NCBI GenBank assembly: GCA_016700315.1
Contig: CP065013.1
Location: 513,449-577,448 of the forward strand
Length of the DNA stretch: 64,000 nt
Reading direction: 5' to 3'
From: Candidatus Saccharimonadota bacterium
GTDB lineage: Bacteria > Patescibacteriota > Saccharimonadia > Saccharimonadales > SZUA-47
Below, in pieces: positions 1 to 8,743 of this stretch. The notes below the pieces were generated by a model that was not told where the DNA came from, made no database searches, and worked only from the letters and a program-made list of their open reading frames with translations. Every line of letters begins with the position of its first letter. The stretch's first letter is position 1. Both the position numbers and the translations under genes were made by a program.

Positions 1-222
<222 letters not shown>

Positions 223-246
223 ATTGCCCTCCGGGCTGTTTCTTTT

Positions 247-1293
247 TTATGCAACTGCCCGCAGCTCCTCCTTAGTCACGGTTACCCCAAGGATAAACGG
301 GCGTAAGCCGCCACTTGCTTGGCTCTTCTCAATTAGTTTCTGCCTAACGCTGTTTAAAATGGAGATTTTTCGGTCGTCTCTTGGGTCGCCATCCAGCAGT
401 TCTTGCTGGGCACGCTTGGCCTCGTTACTATCAAACTGACGGTTTTCGATGTCCCAGATTTTTGGGCCTACAAGCTTAGCTTTAAGGTTTTTGATGGTGG
501 CTACATCGAAGAGTCCCGAAACAGCGATTGTCTTAGCAAGAGCAGAGAATTTGGGGATACCCTTCTCGCCAGGCATCGAAAAATCGAAGAACACATCTCT
601 TATTGCTATGACTGTTTCATCCGGGAAATGGTCGAGCATGGCTTTGGCCATACTGCTGTAGGCTTGATGGTGGTTGGCTTCGTCGCCAGCTATTTTTCTA
701 AGAGATACCCCGCCGATCTTGTCCAGAAGCAGAGCCTCTGAGTTGTGTGCCTGAAAGGTTGCATCTTCTTGGAGAGCGGTGTAGGCAAAGCCTTTGGCCA
801 GGCTGTCGATCGCAACGTTGGTACCTTTGGCAAGTTGAGAGTTGCGGCTAGATTGGTATGAGTCGTGGTCAATGACGGCGTCACTACCCCCAATCAAACC
901 ACTGAGCAGCCCATAGTCGCGCAGTAAGGTTCCGTGAGAGTATTCTTCTGCCGTCCAGCGGCCTAGCCAAGCCGATAACTCCGGGGATTTTTCGGCGATT
1001 TTATCGATGCGTACCTTGTACTCCGGCAGGTTATCTTCGGTAAGTAGATTGACCAAGTAGCTGGCCGCCAGTACGGGTTTGTAATCTAGCTGTAGGCTGT
1101 CTAATTCTTCAAAATGTCCACTCAGGCCAGATCTCAGAGGGCCAATCAAAGCGCCGTAATCTTGGGTAGTGCCAGCTGCACTTGCAAGTACCTCAAGAGG
1201 GTTCAACGGGCTCCGGCTATGTGATTCATGCCTCTGCATAATTTCGGCTATCGATGGGTTGATCGCCTGGAGCTGCCGTTCTACCGCTGACAT
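247..1293 (-). CDS. Soluble diiron (ferritin-like) acyl-ACP desaturase family protein
   Basis: 348 aa. WTAEEYSHG and GDEANHHQAY resemble the two E-x-x-H iron-ligand motifs of acyl-ACP desaturases. Confidence 0.6.
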   Translation of the reverse strand: MSAVERQLQAINPSIAEIMQRHESHSRSPLNPLEVLASAAGTTQDYGALIGPLRSGLSGHFEELDSLQLDYKPVLAASYLVNLLTEDNLPEYKVRIDKIAEKSPELSAWLGRWTAEEYSHGTLLRDYGLLSGLIGGSDAVIDHDSYQSSRNSQLAKGTNVAIDSLAKGFAYTALQEDATFQAHNSEALLLDKIGGVSLRKIAGDEANHHQAYSSMAKAMLDHFPDETVIAIRDVFFDFSMPGEKGIPKFSALAKTIAVSGLFDVATIKNLKAKLVGPKIWDIENRQFDSNEAKRAQQELLDGDPRDDRKISILNSVRQKLIEKSQASGGLRPFILGVTVTKEELRAVA

Positions 1294-1342
1294 AAGCTGG
1301 GTCTCCTTTATTATGCTGACAAATTTGAAAAATTAATAAGGC

Positions 1343-1957
1343 TTACTTCTCGCAAGCTATGCCGTCATTGTCGCGGTCAAGCTTGTTTTGGTAGGCCGAA
1401 TCTGATCGTTTGATGTCGAACACACCAGCCTCAAAGGCTGCGGTACAGTTTTCAAATTTCTTTCCATTGGTAGGGTTGCTCTTTGTTTGGTTAGCTACCT
1501 TTTTCTTGGCTTCTTCTGTGACTGCTGACTCAGGCTTAGCATTGATTTGGTCTAGAGTGGCTTTCTCACCGTCTGGCGCGGTTTGGATAGGTGAGTATTT
1601 ACCGTTTTGGTCGATTTGAGCAGGATTAGTAGCTACCATGCCAAAATACCCAGCCCAAACTACTACAAGAGCCATTAAAGCTTTGGCCCAAGGACTCTTC
1701 TTGAAGCCTTCTGGGTCGTGTAAATACCAAATAATAGCAGCAACAATTGGGATAATTGGCAGTAGTACAATCCACAATATCCAACCAACCAAAATCCGGC
1801 GTCCTGGCGTCCAGTTTTGGTAGCGGTTACGGGTCAGCGGGAAGCGTGCCAGTAGCCAGGTTGCAGAACGCAAGAAAAAGCCTGGATGGGCATTTTGCTC
1901 ACGACCTTTAGCAATTTTGGCAGCTTCATCATTAGGTGTTACGGGCGTGGTTGCCAT
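1343..1957 (-). CDS. Membrane protein with C-terminal Excalibur calcium-binding domain
   Basis: Hydrophobic helices ILVGWILWIVLLPIIPIVAAIIWYL and ALMALVVVWAGYFGMV. The C-terminal DRDNDGIACE matches the Excalibur DxDxDGxxCE motif. Confidence 0.6.
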   Translation of the reverse strand: MATTPVTPNDEAAKIAKGREQNAHPGFFLRSATWLLARFPLTRNRYQNWTPGRRILVGWILWIVLLPIIPIVAAIIWYLHDPEGFKKSPWAKALMALVVVWAGYFGMVATNPAQIDQNGKYSPIQTAPDGEKATLDQINAKPESAVTEEAKKKVANQTKSNPTNGKKFENCTAAFEAGVFDIKRSDSAYQNKLDRDNDGIACEK

Positions 1958-2096
1958 ATTTCTATCTCCTTATTTCTCTTTAGAATTACTATATCACTAT
2001 CTGGCACGAAACAAAAACTACCCAAATATTTAAGACATTAAATCACTAGCTTAGACGTTACTTTTCGTGTCTAGTGTCTCATGACTCTTGTTTCTA

Positions 2097-2130
2097 ATTA
2101 ATAAACTCCCCAGTTGGGGGAGTTTATTAA
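2097..2130 (-). terminator. Stem-loop terminator 3' of the RRM gene
   Basis: TTAATAAACTCCCC-AGTT-GGGGAGTTTATTAA, a perfect 14-bp stem in A/T-rich flanks, about 20 nt past the stop at 2149. Confidence 0.5.
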
Positions 2131-2148
2131 TTAACCGTAAGGTTTAGA

Positions 2149-2409
2149 TTAGCGACGGTCTTCTTTTTCGCGTGCTTCTGCAACACGTAGTTCACGTCCG
2201 CCAACTTGCTGACCGTTAAGGCCATCCATAGCAGCTTTTGCGTCGTCGGCATTAGCGAACTCAGCAAAGCCAAAACCGCGTGAGCGGTTGGTTTCGCGGT
2301 CCGTAATGATACGTACGCTTGTTACTTCACCGTACTGTGCCAACGCTTCGCGTAGCTCGTCCTCAGTGAGAGTGTAACTTAGGTTGCTAATGTATAGTTT
2401 TGCGTTCAT
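2149..2409 (-). CDS. RRM-type RNA-binding protein
   Basis: 86 aa with RNP-2 LYISNL and RNP-1 RGFGFAEF. Confidence 0.9.
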   Translation of the reverse strand: MNAKLYISNLSYTLTEDELREALAQYGEVTSVRIITDRETNRSRGFGFAEFANADDAKAAMDGLNGQQVGGRELRVAEAREKEDRR

Positions 2410-2590
2410 CTCGCTTAACTCGGGTCCTTTAACCCCTAATTCTGGTGTTTTTAGATTTCCGTTTCCGCGAGATCGTTCGTGATTGCTATATATTGCACTA
2501 TTATCTTCTCGGAGCGTACCAAAATTAGACTAATCATAACATAAGAAACCAGAATATGGAATATGGATTTCCTGAATATAGAATAATTGC

Positions 2591-3572
2591 ATGCGCTACA
2601 TCGATATCTATAGAGCCTGGCAAAGCTTCGTAAAGGCTAAAAAATACAGTACTTCGATTGACGAATTTGCCTATTATGTCGAGCAGAATCTTCAGCAACT
2701 TACTCGTGACACTGAAACGAGGACTTACAAACACGGCTCGTACAAAAGAGTTGTAATAAGCGAAAAGAAACGTCGTGATTTAGCGGTGGCTTCGGTCTGT
2801 GATCGTGTTGTTCACCGCTATGTCTACGACGAGTTAGTAGGGATTTTTGATAATTCTTTTGAGCCCGATGTCTTTTCTTGCCGCGAGGGCAAAGGCTTGC
2901 ACAAGGCTCTAGTAAGAACGCAAAAATTGCTGCAAAAATACTATGAATGCTATGTTTGGAGGGCTGATATTACCAAGTTTTTTGACTACGTAGACCAAGA
3001 CAAGCTATTGAGCATTATTGTTAGAAAAATAGATCCAAACAGTGAACTATTTTGGTTGTGCGAGCAGATAATCCAAAGTTATAATTCGAAGCCATCAGCC
3101 ATCAGCCATCAGCCATCAGCCATCAGCTGGCATCCCTATTGGCAATTTGACGTCTCAAATTTTTGCCAACATCTACCTAAATGAGTTCGACCGCTATGTG
3201 CGCCACCGGCTAAAACCTTTGGCATATTTACGCTACGGCGACGATTTCATCCTAATTTGTAAAACAAGAAAACAAGCATATGAGCAGAGGCTGCGGGCAA
3301 AAGAATTTTTGCAAACAGAGCTTGGGCTGAGCCTACACCAAACTAATGATGTTGCAGTAGCTGTTAAGCAGGGCCTACATTTCTTAGGACATGTGATCAC
3401 TTCCAAATTTTTAATAGTTGATAAACAAACCAGCAAAATTGCAGTGGCCAAAGTAAGCATTAAAAATGTAGCCAGCTACCGATCATTATTGCTTCTTGAA
3501 GTACTGCATAAGGAAATTAACTGGGAATTATTACAAATTATTGACAAAATATGTAGTAATGATGTATACTAG
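2591..3572 (+). CDS. DGR-type reverse transcriptase, split into ORFs 2591-3184 and 3147-3572 by a frameshift inside a heptanucleotide repeat
   Basis: RT motifs RRDLAVASVCDRVVH and SCREGKGLHKA are present. GIPIGNLTSQIFANIYLNEFD is encoded at 3129-3191 in the downstream frame and carries the DGR-typical IGxxxSQ motif. YLRYGDDFIL supplies the YxDD box. Removing one 7-nt unit fuses both halves into one ORF of about 324 aa. Confidence 0.85.
3091..3127 (+). repeat. (GCCATCA)x5 perfect heptanucleotide tandem repeat inside the RT gene
   Basis: Read directly from the sequence. It encodes KPSAISHQPSAIS in the upstream frame, and 35 nt is not a multiple of 3. Confidence 0.95.
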
Positions 3573-3597
3573 CGTCTAATTAATAGGAGTTTATCAA

Positions 3598-4437
3598 ATG
3601 TCACAAAGTCATACAGTCCAAGGTCTCTGGATACCCGAGAAGCCAAAGCCAGTTTTTGATGTCAATAGATTTGCCAAAGGAACTATCGATGTTTCGACAG
3701 AAGTCGATAGAGGTATCGAGCTTATTCGTATGGCTGGCGGCTTTAATGGCGGCGGCGATGAGGCTAAGTTACGCAACGACTTTACGACTGACCTTGTGGC
3801 GCTCGAACAAACTGGTTTGGCTATGCGCATCGTGCCTGATGTGCCAGGAACTAATCTACCCTTTAACAGCTTAATAGCCCTAATGGATGGAGTTAGACCT
3901 GAAGGCGTAGAAGAGGCATCTATTTACGATAAATTATGGGTACCAGGTGTAGAGGCTGACAGCCTAACTCCAGAACTACTTGCTGGCCCTGCTAAAAGGG
4001 TAGCCCTAAGAGGCCTGCTACTGAGCGTAAGCTCAGGTGACTATGACCCAGTCTTGCATCACCGAGGCCTACCAGCTGATGACCACGCCAAAGAAATGTA
4101 TGATCCTAGTGCCAAGACTACTCAAACTTCAGCGTTGACTCAAGATATCTCAGCTTTTGAAGCAACCTTCCCCGAACTCGATCTTAGAGGAGCTAGTTAC
4201 CGTGATTACGCGTTTTTGGTTACTGCATTCAGACGGAACTTGCGACCAGAGCCAGGTGCATTACCGCTATCTAGAGACTATATGCGCGATCTAGGCGTGG
4301 GACGCCACAATGTGGGCGGCGGCTCGGTCGTCGCGGGCGTCGACTCGGATGGTGGTTGGGCTCGCTTCGACGGGGGCAGTGGCCACGCGAATGACCTCGC
4401 TGGCGTCGGCCTTTCGGCGGGGCGAAAAGACTCTTAG
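3598..4437 (+). CDS. DGR target (variable) protein with the VR at its extreme C-terminus
   Basis: 279 aa with an RBS-like AGGAG 8 nt upstream. The last 39 codons or so are the VR. The C-terminus GGGSVVAGVDSDGGWARFDGGSGHANDLAGVGLSAGR is Gly/Asp-rich. No signal peptide or TM helix is seen. Confidence 0.8.
   Translation: MSQSHTVQGLWIPEKPKPVFDVNRFAKGTIDVSTEVDRGIELIRMAGGFNGGGDEAKLRNDFTTDLVALEQTGLAMRIVPDVPGTNLPFNSLIALMDGVRPEGVEEASIYDKLWVPGVEADSLTPELLAGPAKRVALRGLLLSVSSGDYDPVLHHRGLPADDHAKEMYDPSAKTTQTSALTQDISAFEATFPELDLRGASYRDYAFLVTAFRRNLRPEPGALPLSRDYMRDLGVGRHNVGGGSVVAGVDSDGGWARFDGGSGHANDLAGVGLSAGRKDS
4311..4427 (+). other. DGR variable region (VR)
   Basis: Ungapped 117-nt match to 4662-4778 at a constant offset of 351. 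There are 15 differences, all at TR adenines. Confidence 0.9.
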
Positions 4438-4661
4438 ACTTTGAGCTTTAATCTTTATTTTCTTCTTTTTTTGTTGCTAAACTGAAATTAGCTTTGTATT
4501 GCCAAGATGATCGCTAGTTTGGGTATATAACTCTGAAATTACGCTGATCGGGAATCAAAGAACAAAGTGTATTTTGCCCCGCGTGCGGCTGCCTACAAAA
4601 ATGAATTAAAACACCTTATGTTCTCGAACATTAGGTTGCTCGAAGTAGGTAGCGAACAAAC

Positions 4662-4778
4662 TGTGGGCGGCGGCTCGATCGTCGCGAGCGTCAACTCGGA
4701 TGATGGTTGGGCTAACTTCGACAGGGACAATGGCAACGCGAATGACAACGCTGGCGTCGGCCTTTCGGCAAGGCAAAA
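4662..4778 (+). other. DGR template region (TR)
   Basis: Non-coding copy of the VR that carries A wherever the VR differs. Its adenines sit in AAC/AAT/GAC-type triplets. The ORF-track ORF 4567-4884 merely mirrors it. Confidence 0.9.
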
Positions 4779-4785
4779 CACTACT

Positions 4786-4820
4786 AAAACCCAGGCCCAT
4801 AAGATAGCCTGGGTTTTTTA
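4786..4820. terminator. Bidirectional stem-loop between TR and avd
   Basis: AAAACCCAGGC-N10-GCCTGGGTTTTTT. It overlaps the avd stop at 4818-4820. Confidence 0.6.
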
Positions 4821-5156
4821 CTTCTCAGATTTCAGCCAACCACCGAGCATCCGGCCTATCTCGAGTGTTTTGGCGTTTATCTGATGTAGCGTGGTTTCGT
4901 TGGCTAGCTTTTGCTCAAGCAGACTACGCAGCAAAAACTGAGCGATCTCAAGCTTGGCTGAAGCCTTAATCAGATAAACTGCCTTATGAGCCTTCGGTGC
5001 GTGTTTGGCCATGATTAGTAGCTCTAGCAGGTCCAGAAGTGAAGTTTCTGTGTGTCTGCCTATGGTTTGCTTTTTGCTAGGATCTAGCTTATCGCAAATC
5101 TTGCAGGTTGCGTTATACAGCTCTTGAACTTTAAGTATTATGCCTAGTTCAAACAT
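4818..5156 (-). CDS. avd: Avd-like four-helix-bundle protein (DGR accessory variability determinant family)
   Basis: 112 aa, predicted all-helical and basic. The C-terminal ...LEIGRMLGGWLKS resembles the four-helix-bundle / 23S rRNA intervening-sequence protein family used by DGRs. It lies adjacent to the TR. Confidence 0.7.
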   Translation of the reverse strand: MFELGIILKVQELYNATCKICDKLDPSKKQTIGRHTETSLLDLLELLIMAKHAPKAHKAVYLIKASAKLEIAQFLLRSLLEQKLANETTLHQINAKTLEIGRMLGGWLKSEK

Positions 5157-5238
5157 GCATTAATTATATGCTAACGTTCTCGAGCGTGGTAAGATAAGAG
5201 TAATATAAGCATAAACAATAACGGGAGTACTTTGCCAG

Positions 5239-7515
5239 ATGGCAGCGCCCAAAAAGTCTAAGAAGATAAAAATTTCTGACGAGTCACAATCGGCTAAAGT
5301 CATAAAAGACCATGCTCTGACACCGTTACCAGTAAGCGAAGAAGATGTTTCTGGTGCACCTGAAGTCTCTATCACTGTCAGAAAAGAAGGCAAAAAGATT
5401 AGTCCTATCAAAGATGGGGTTAGTGCTGTGCCAGTCCATGAAAATGAGCCAGTCATGACCAAAAAGCCAGAGTTGAACGAGGTGAAGACAGCCCCAGAAG
5501 CACCAGATAATCAGCCCAAAGAAGAATTAACAGGCCTAAGTAATGAACAAACGATTGGAGATGATTTAGTCTCGGAGCTCGAAAGCAACGAAACCGAGTT
5601 AGACAAGGTAAATCCAGCCGAGGCCCCAGCCACAACAAAAAAGCAGAAGGATGCCAAGTTGCAAAATGAAGATCGGCAAATCCCAGAAGAAGAGATTAAC
5701 GAAACAACAACTTCTGAGGTGCCGGAAAATGGAATCGACATTTTCGGGGAGGGTTCAAAAATTGAAGACCTTGATCTAGAGGCGGCTGCAAATACTCCAG
5801 TTGGACAGCTCGATTTGGCTAGCACAATAGATCCAGAAACTGAGTTTGCTGATGCCGAAATTGACGCGGCAGTTGATGAAATTGTGGCCGAAGAGTCCGA
5901 TGCTCTTCTGGAAGCTGAAGATGCCGCACGCAATTCTTTGGCAGTCGTTGAAGCCAAGCCTGCCAAGCCGAATCGCCTAAAAGAAATATTTAGTTTACCT
6001 GCAGTCAAGTGGGGCGTGGCTTTTGGCTTGGTATTACTATTTTCAATAATTTGTTTACTGCCTGCTTCCCGTTATGCAGCCTTAAATTTGTTAGGCATAA
6101 GATCAAGTAGTACAGTCACTGTTCAGGATAGTTCGACACGCCTTCCGATTAAGAATGTCAGTGTTAGTCTACAGGGCCAGACAGCCACAACCGATCAAGA
6201 AGGTAAAGCAGTTTTTGAAAAGCTCAAACTCGGTAAAGCACCACTCGAAATCAAAAAACGCGGCTTTGGTAGCATCGCTAGAGATGTTGTTTTGGGCTGG
6301 GGCAGTAACCCAATGCCGCCAGAGGGATTAACTGCGACTGGTACGGTGTATGTTTTAAATCTCAAAGATTACCCCAGTGAAAATCCTATCACCAAGGCCG
6401 AAGCAACTAGCGGAGAATTTAGTGCGAAGACAAACGACAAGGGTGAAATAAGACTAGTCACTGAGCCTTCCGACAAGGATGCAGAGATTACAATAAAAGC
6501 CGACGGCTACCGAGAAGAAAAACTATTGTTTACGGTTACAGACAAATTGAGCCGTGATGTGTTTATGGTGCCATCACGACCGCTGATCTATGTTAGTAAA
6601 CGTACGGGTAGCTATAATCTTTACCAGATAGATGCCGACGGCAAAAATGAAAAATTATTACTTGAGTCAACCGGCAAAGAGCGAGAAGACTATAGCATAC
6701 TTGCTCATCAGACCGACAATGTCACCGCGGTAGTCAGTACAAGAGAGGGTCACCGCAACAACGATGGATTTTTACTCAATGGACTGTTTATCGTAGATAG
6801 TAGCGCTCAGAACAATCGAATTAGCGAATCTGAACGTATTCAACTGATAGACTGGATTGGAGATAATTTGATTTATGCGGAAGTCAAAGAAGGAGGTAGT
6901 GCCGCCCTTCCTAACCGCAGCAAGCTAAAAAGCTATAACTACAAGACTTACGAAAACAAAGAACTTGCCAGCGCTAATTATTTTAATGAAATCTCAATAT
7001 TTAATGGGTCTGTTTTGTATGCGCCCTCAGCCTACGCAGTAAATATAGATAGTGTCAAATTTAGTAAAATAAAACCTGACGGTAAAGATCAGCAAACTGT
7101 TTTAGACAAGGAAGTCTGGAGTATTGTACGCACAGGCTACGACAGTGTAGCCTTCAACTCACAGAACACTTGGTATGAGCTAAAAAATACTGGGAGTGCA
7201 GTGAAACTAAGCGGAGCGCCAGCAAACCTCCGGAGCATGGACTATCATGATGGCCCAAACAATGTATCGCTTAGAACAGAGACGAGGGATGGAAAAGGAG
7301 TGCTACTGCTTAGAGATGCTCAGGGTTCAGAGAAGGTTATAGCTACAGTTGCTGGATTACGTCAGCCTACTCGGTGGCTAAGTGATTCGACTATAACTTA
7401 TCGAGTTGTTACGGCCAACGAGTCTGCTGAGTACGTCCTAAGTTTGCTCGGCGGCGAAGCCAGAAAAGTTACGGATGTCACAAACACTGGTGGGGCCGAG
7501 AGCTACCAAAACTAG
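5239..7515 (+). CDS. Large membrane-anchored protein with an acidic disordered N-terminus, one TM helix and a beta-rich outer part with TolB/PD40-like repeats
   Basis: 758 aa. The TM helix is WGVAFGLVLLFSIICLLPA. Segments such as YVSKRTGSYNLYQIDADGKNEKLL resemble PD40 repeats. The functional call is weak. Confidence 0.55.
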   Translation: MAAPKKSKKIKISDESQSAKVIKDHALTPLPVSEEDVSGAPEVSITVRKEGKKISPIKDGVSAVPVHENEPVMTKKPELNEVKTAPEAPDNQPKEELTGLSNEQTIGDDLVSELESNETELDKVNPAEAPATTKKQKDAKLQNEDRQIPEEEINETTTSEVPENGIDIFGEGSKIEDLDLEAAANTPVGQLDLASTIDPETEFADAEIDAAVDEIVAEESDALLEAEDAARNSLAVVEAKPAKPNRLKEIFSLPAVKWGVAFGLVLLFSIICLLPASRYAALNLLGIRSSSTVTVQDSSTRLPIKNVSVSLQGQTATTDQEGKAVFEKLKLGKAPLEIKKRGFGSIARDVVLGWGSNPMPPEGLTATGTVYVLNLKDYPSENPITKAEATSGEFSAKTNDKGEIRLVTEPSDKDAEITIKADGYREEKLLFTVTDKLSRDVFMVPSRPLIYVSKRTGSYNLYQIDADGKNEKLLLESTGKEREDYSILAHQTDNVTAVVSTREGHRNNDGFLLNGLFIVDSSAQNNRISESERIQLIDWIGDNLIYAEVKEGGSAALPNRSKLKSYNYKTYENKELASANYFNEISIFNGSVLYAPSAYAVNIDSVKFSKIKPDGKDQQTVLDKEVWSIVRTGYDSVAFNSQNTWYELKNTGSAVKLSGAPANLRSMDYHDGPNNVSLRTETRDGKGVLLLRDAQGSEKVIATVAGLRQPTRWLSDSTITYRVVTANESAEYVLSLLGGEARKVTDVTNTGGAESYQN

Positions 7516-7675
7516 AGTCCGTCAGAAGACCAAGGATAGATTTGATTTTTCTTCAACCTAGTTGCGGCTAGGGGTAGTTAAGCAGTAATGGATCCATTAT
7601 ACCGATACCAATCATAGTTCATCGAAAAATTCCATAATTAACCCGCCGCCCTTAAACACCGATATTCACACCCAA

Positions 7676-7710
7676 CCCCTCTGTATAAGGTCCGTCCTTA
7701 TACAGAGGGG
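7676..7710. repeat. Perfect 15-bp-stem hairpin
   Basis: CCCCTCTGTATAAGG-TCCGT-CCTTATACAGAGGGG. It is flanked by ATTCACA...TGTGAAT, which extends the dyad. No T-run follows. Confidence 0.6.
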
Positions 7711-7861
7711 CGAAATGTGAATTTGATGATTTATAGGTGTTAAACATTGTGAGTAGACGTGTGAATTTTTTATAGGCTATTGGATCAAGGCTTATGAATA
7801 TGTGGGCCGCATAATAAATGACAATATTGATCGGTATTTTTAATAAATCGAGCTTATGATT

Positions 7862-7984
7862 CAGGAATTACGCGTTTAGTGCATTTTCGGATGAAAATCG
7901 AGTACCGAAAGCCGAGCCGTACTTAACGTACGGTGAGCGCGGAACGGAGATTTTCGCCAAAAAGGTGCAAACGCGTAATTCCTG
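7862..7984. mobile_element. MITE-like 123-bp element with 16-bp perfect terminal inverted repeats
   Basis: CAGGAATTACGCGTTT at 7862-7877 is the exact reverse complement of 7969-7984. TGATT abuts both ends (7857-7861 and 7985-7989). There is no ORF. Confidence 0.5.
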
Positions 7985-8092
7985 TGATTTATGAATTACT
8001 ATTCGCCTAATCTGCAATTATTGAATCCGCTGAGTGACTTACGATAAATGAATTCATGCTACAATAAATTTGAACTAAAAAGGATAAGCATA

Positions 8093-8743
8093 ATGAAAAA
8101 AGTATCGTACAAAGTATCTTTGCTTGCTCTGCTGGCGTCTTTGGTCATACCGTCGACAGTAATGGCAATGTCAGGATCTGATAAAGTAGCGACTATCGCC
8201 GAGAATCGTCAACGAACTGGCACGACTCTCGAAGATCGCCTAAAAGCAGATAAAGCAAAACTAAAAGTCCAACTTAGTGAAGCCGACAAAGCCAAGATAA
8301 AGAATAAATGCAAGGCTGCTCAGAATTTAGTCAAAGCTCAAGCTACAAAAGCGGCTAATTTTGAAGCAAGTCGTAAAAAAGTTTACGATGGAGTACTTGA
8401 CCGATTAGAGAAGTTAGCCGTTAAGTTAGAGGCTGCAGGCAACAGTGACCAGGCAGCAAAAGTTAGAGCAGAAAAGATTGCCCTGTCAGCTAAAGCTGAT
8501 GCTGTTTATGCTGCACTTCAGGACTACAAGCAGGTTCTAGATGACCTTGTAGGCAACGACTGTACCACTGATCCAACTGCATTTAAAGCAGCACTCGAAG
8601 CTTCTCGTGCAGCTCGTGACGCTGTAAAATCTAAGACCAAAGACTTCCGTGACTACTATACTCAAACTACCGTCAAAATACTTGCTGAAGTCAAAAAAGC
8701 ACTGGGTGCTAGCACAGAAACTAAAACAGAAGGAGCAAACTAA
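8093..8743 (+). CDS. Secreted coiled-coil protein
   Basis: The ATG at 8093 is preferred over 8048 because AAGGA lies upstream and it gives the signal peptide MKKVSYKVSLLALLASLVIPSTVMA. The rest is Lys/Ala-rich and helical. Confidence 0.7.
   Translation: MKKVSYKVSLLALLASLVIPSTVMAMSGSDKVATIAENRQRTGTTLEDRLKADKAKLKVQLSEADKAKIKNKCKAAQNLVKAQATKAANFEASRKKVYDGVLDRLEKLAVKLEAAGNSDQAAKVRAEKIALSAKADAVYAALQDYKQVLDDLVGNDCTTDPTAFKAALEASRAARDAVKSKTKDFRDYYTQTTVKILAEVKKALGASTETKTEGAN

Noticed and set aside
2591-3572. Interpretation of the RT as a retron or group II intron RT.
   Set aside because: An adjacent TR/VR pair with adenine-only differences and the IGNLTSQ motif fit a DGR. I see no msr/msd-like inverted repeats and no intron domains.
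4567-4884. 105-aa ORF covering the DGR template region.
   Set aside because: Its only protein-like part mirrors the VR because the TR is a copy of it. There is no RBS, and it runs through the terminator and the avd 3' end. The TR is a non-coding template.
5511-6008. 165-aa minus-strand ORF, plus 5160-5462 and 5453-5638.
   Set aside because: They are antisense to the 758-aa gene's acidic repeat region or overlap its start. Ser/Ala-rich reverse-frame composition.
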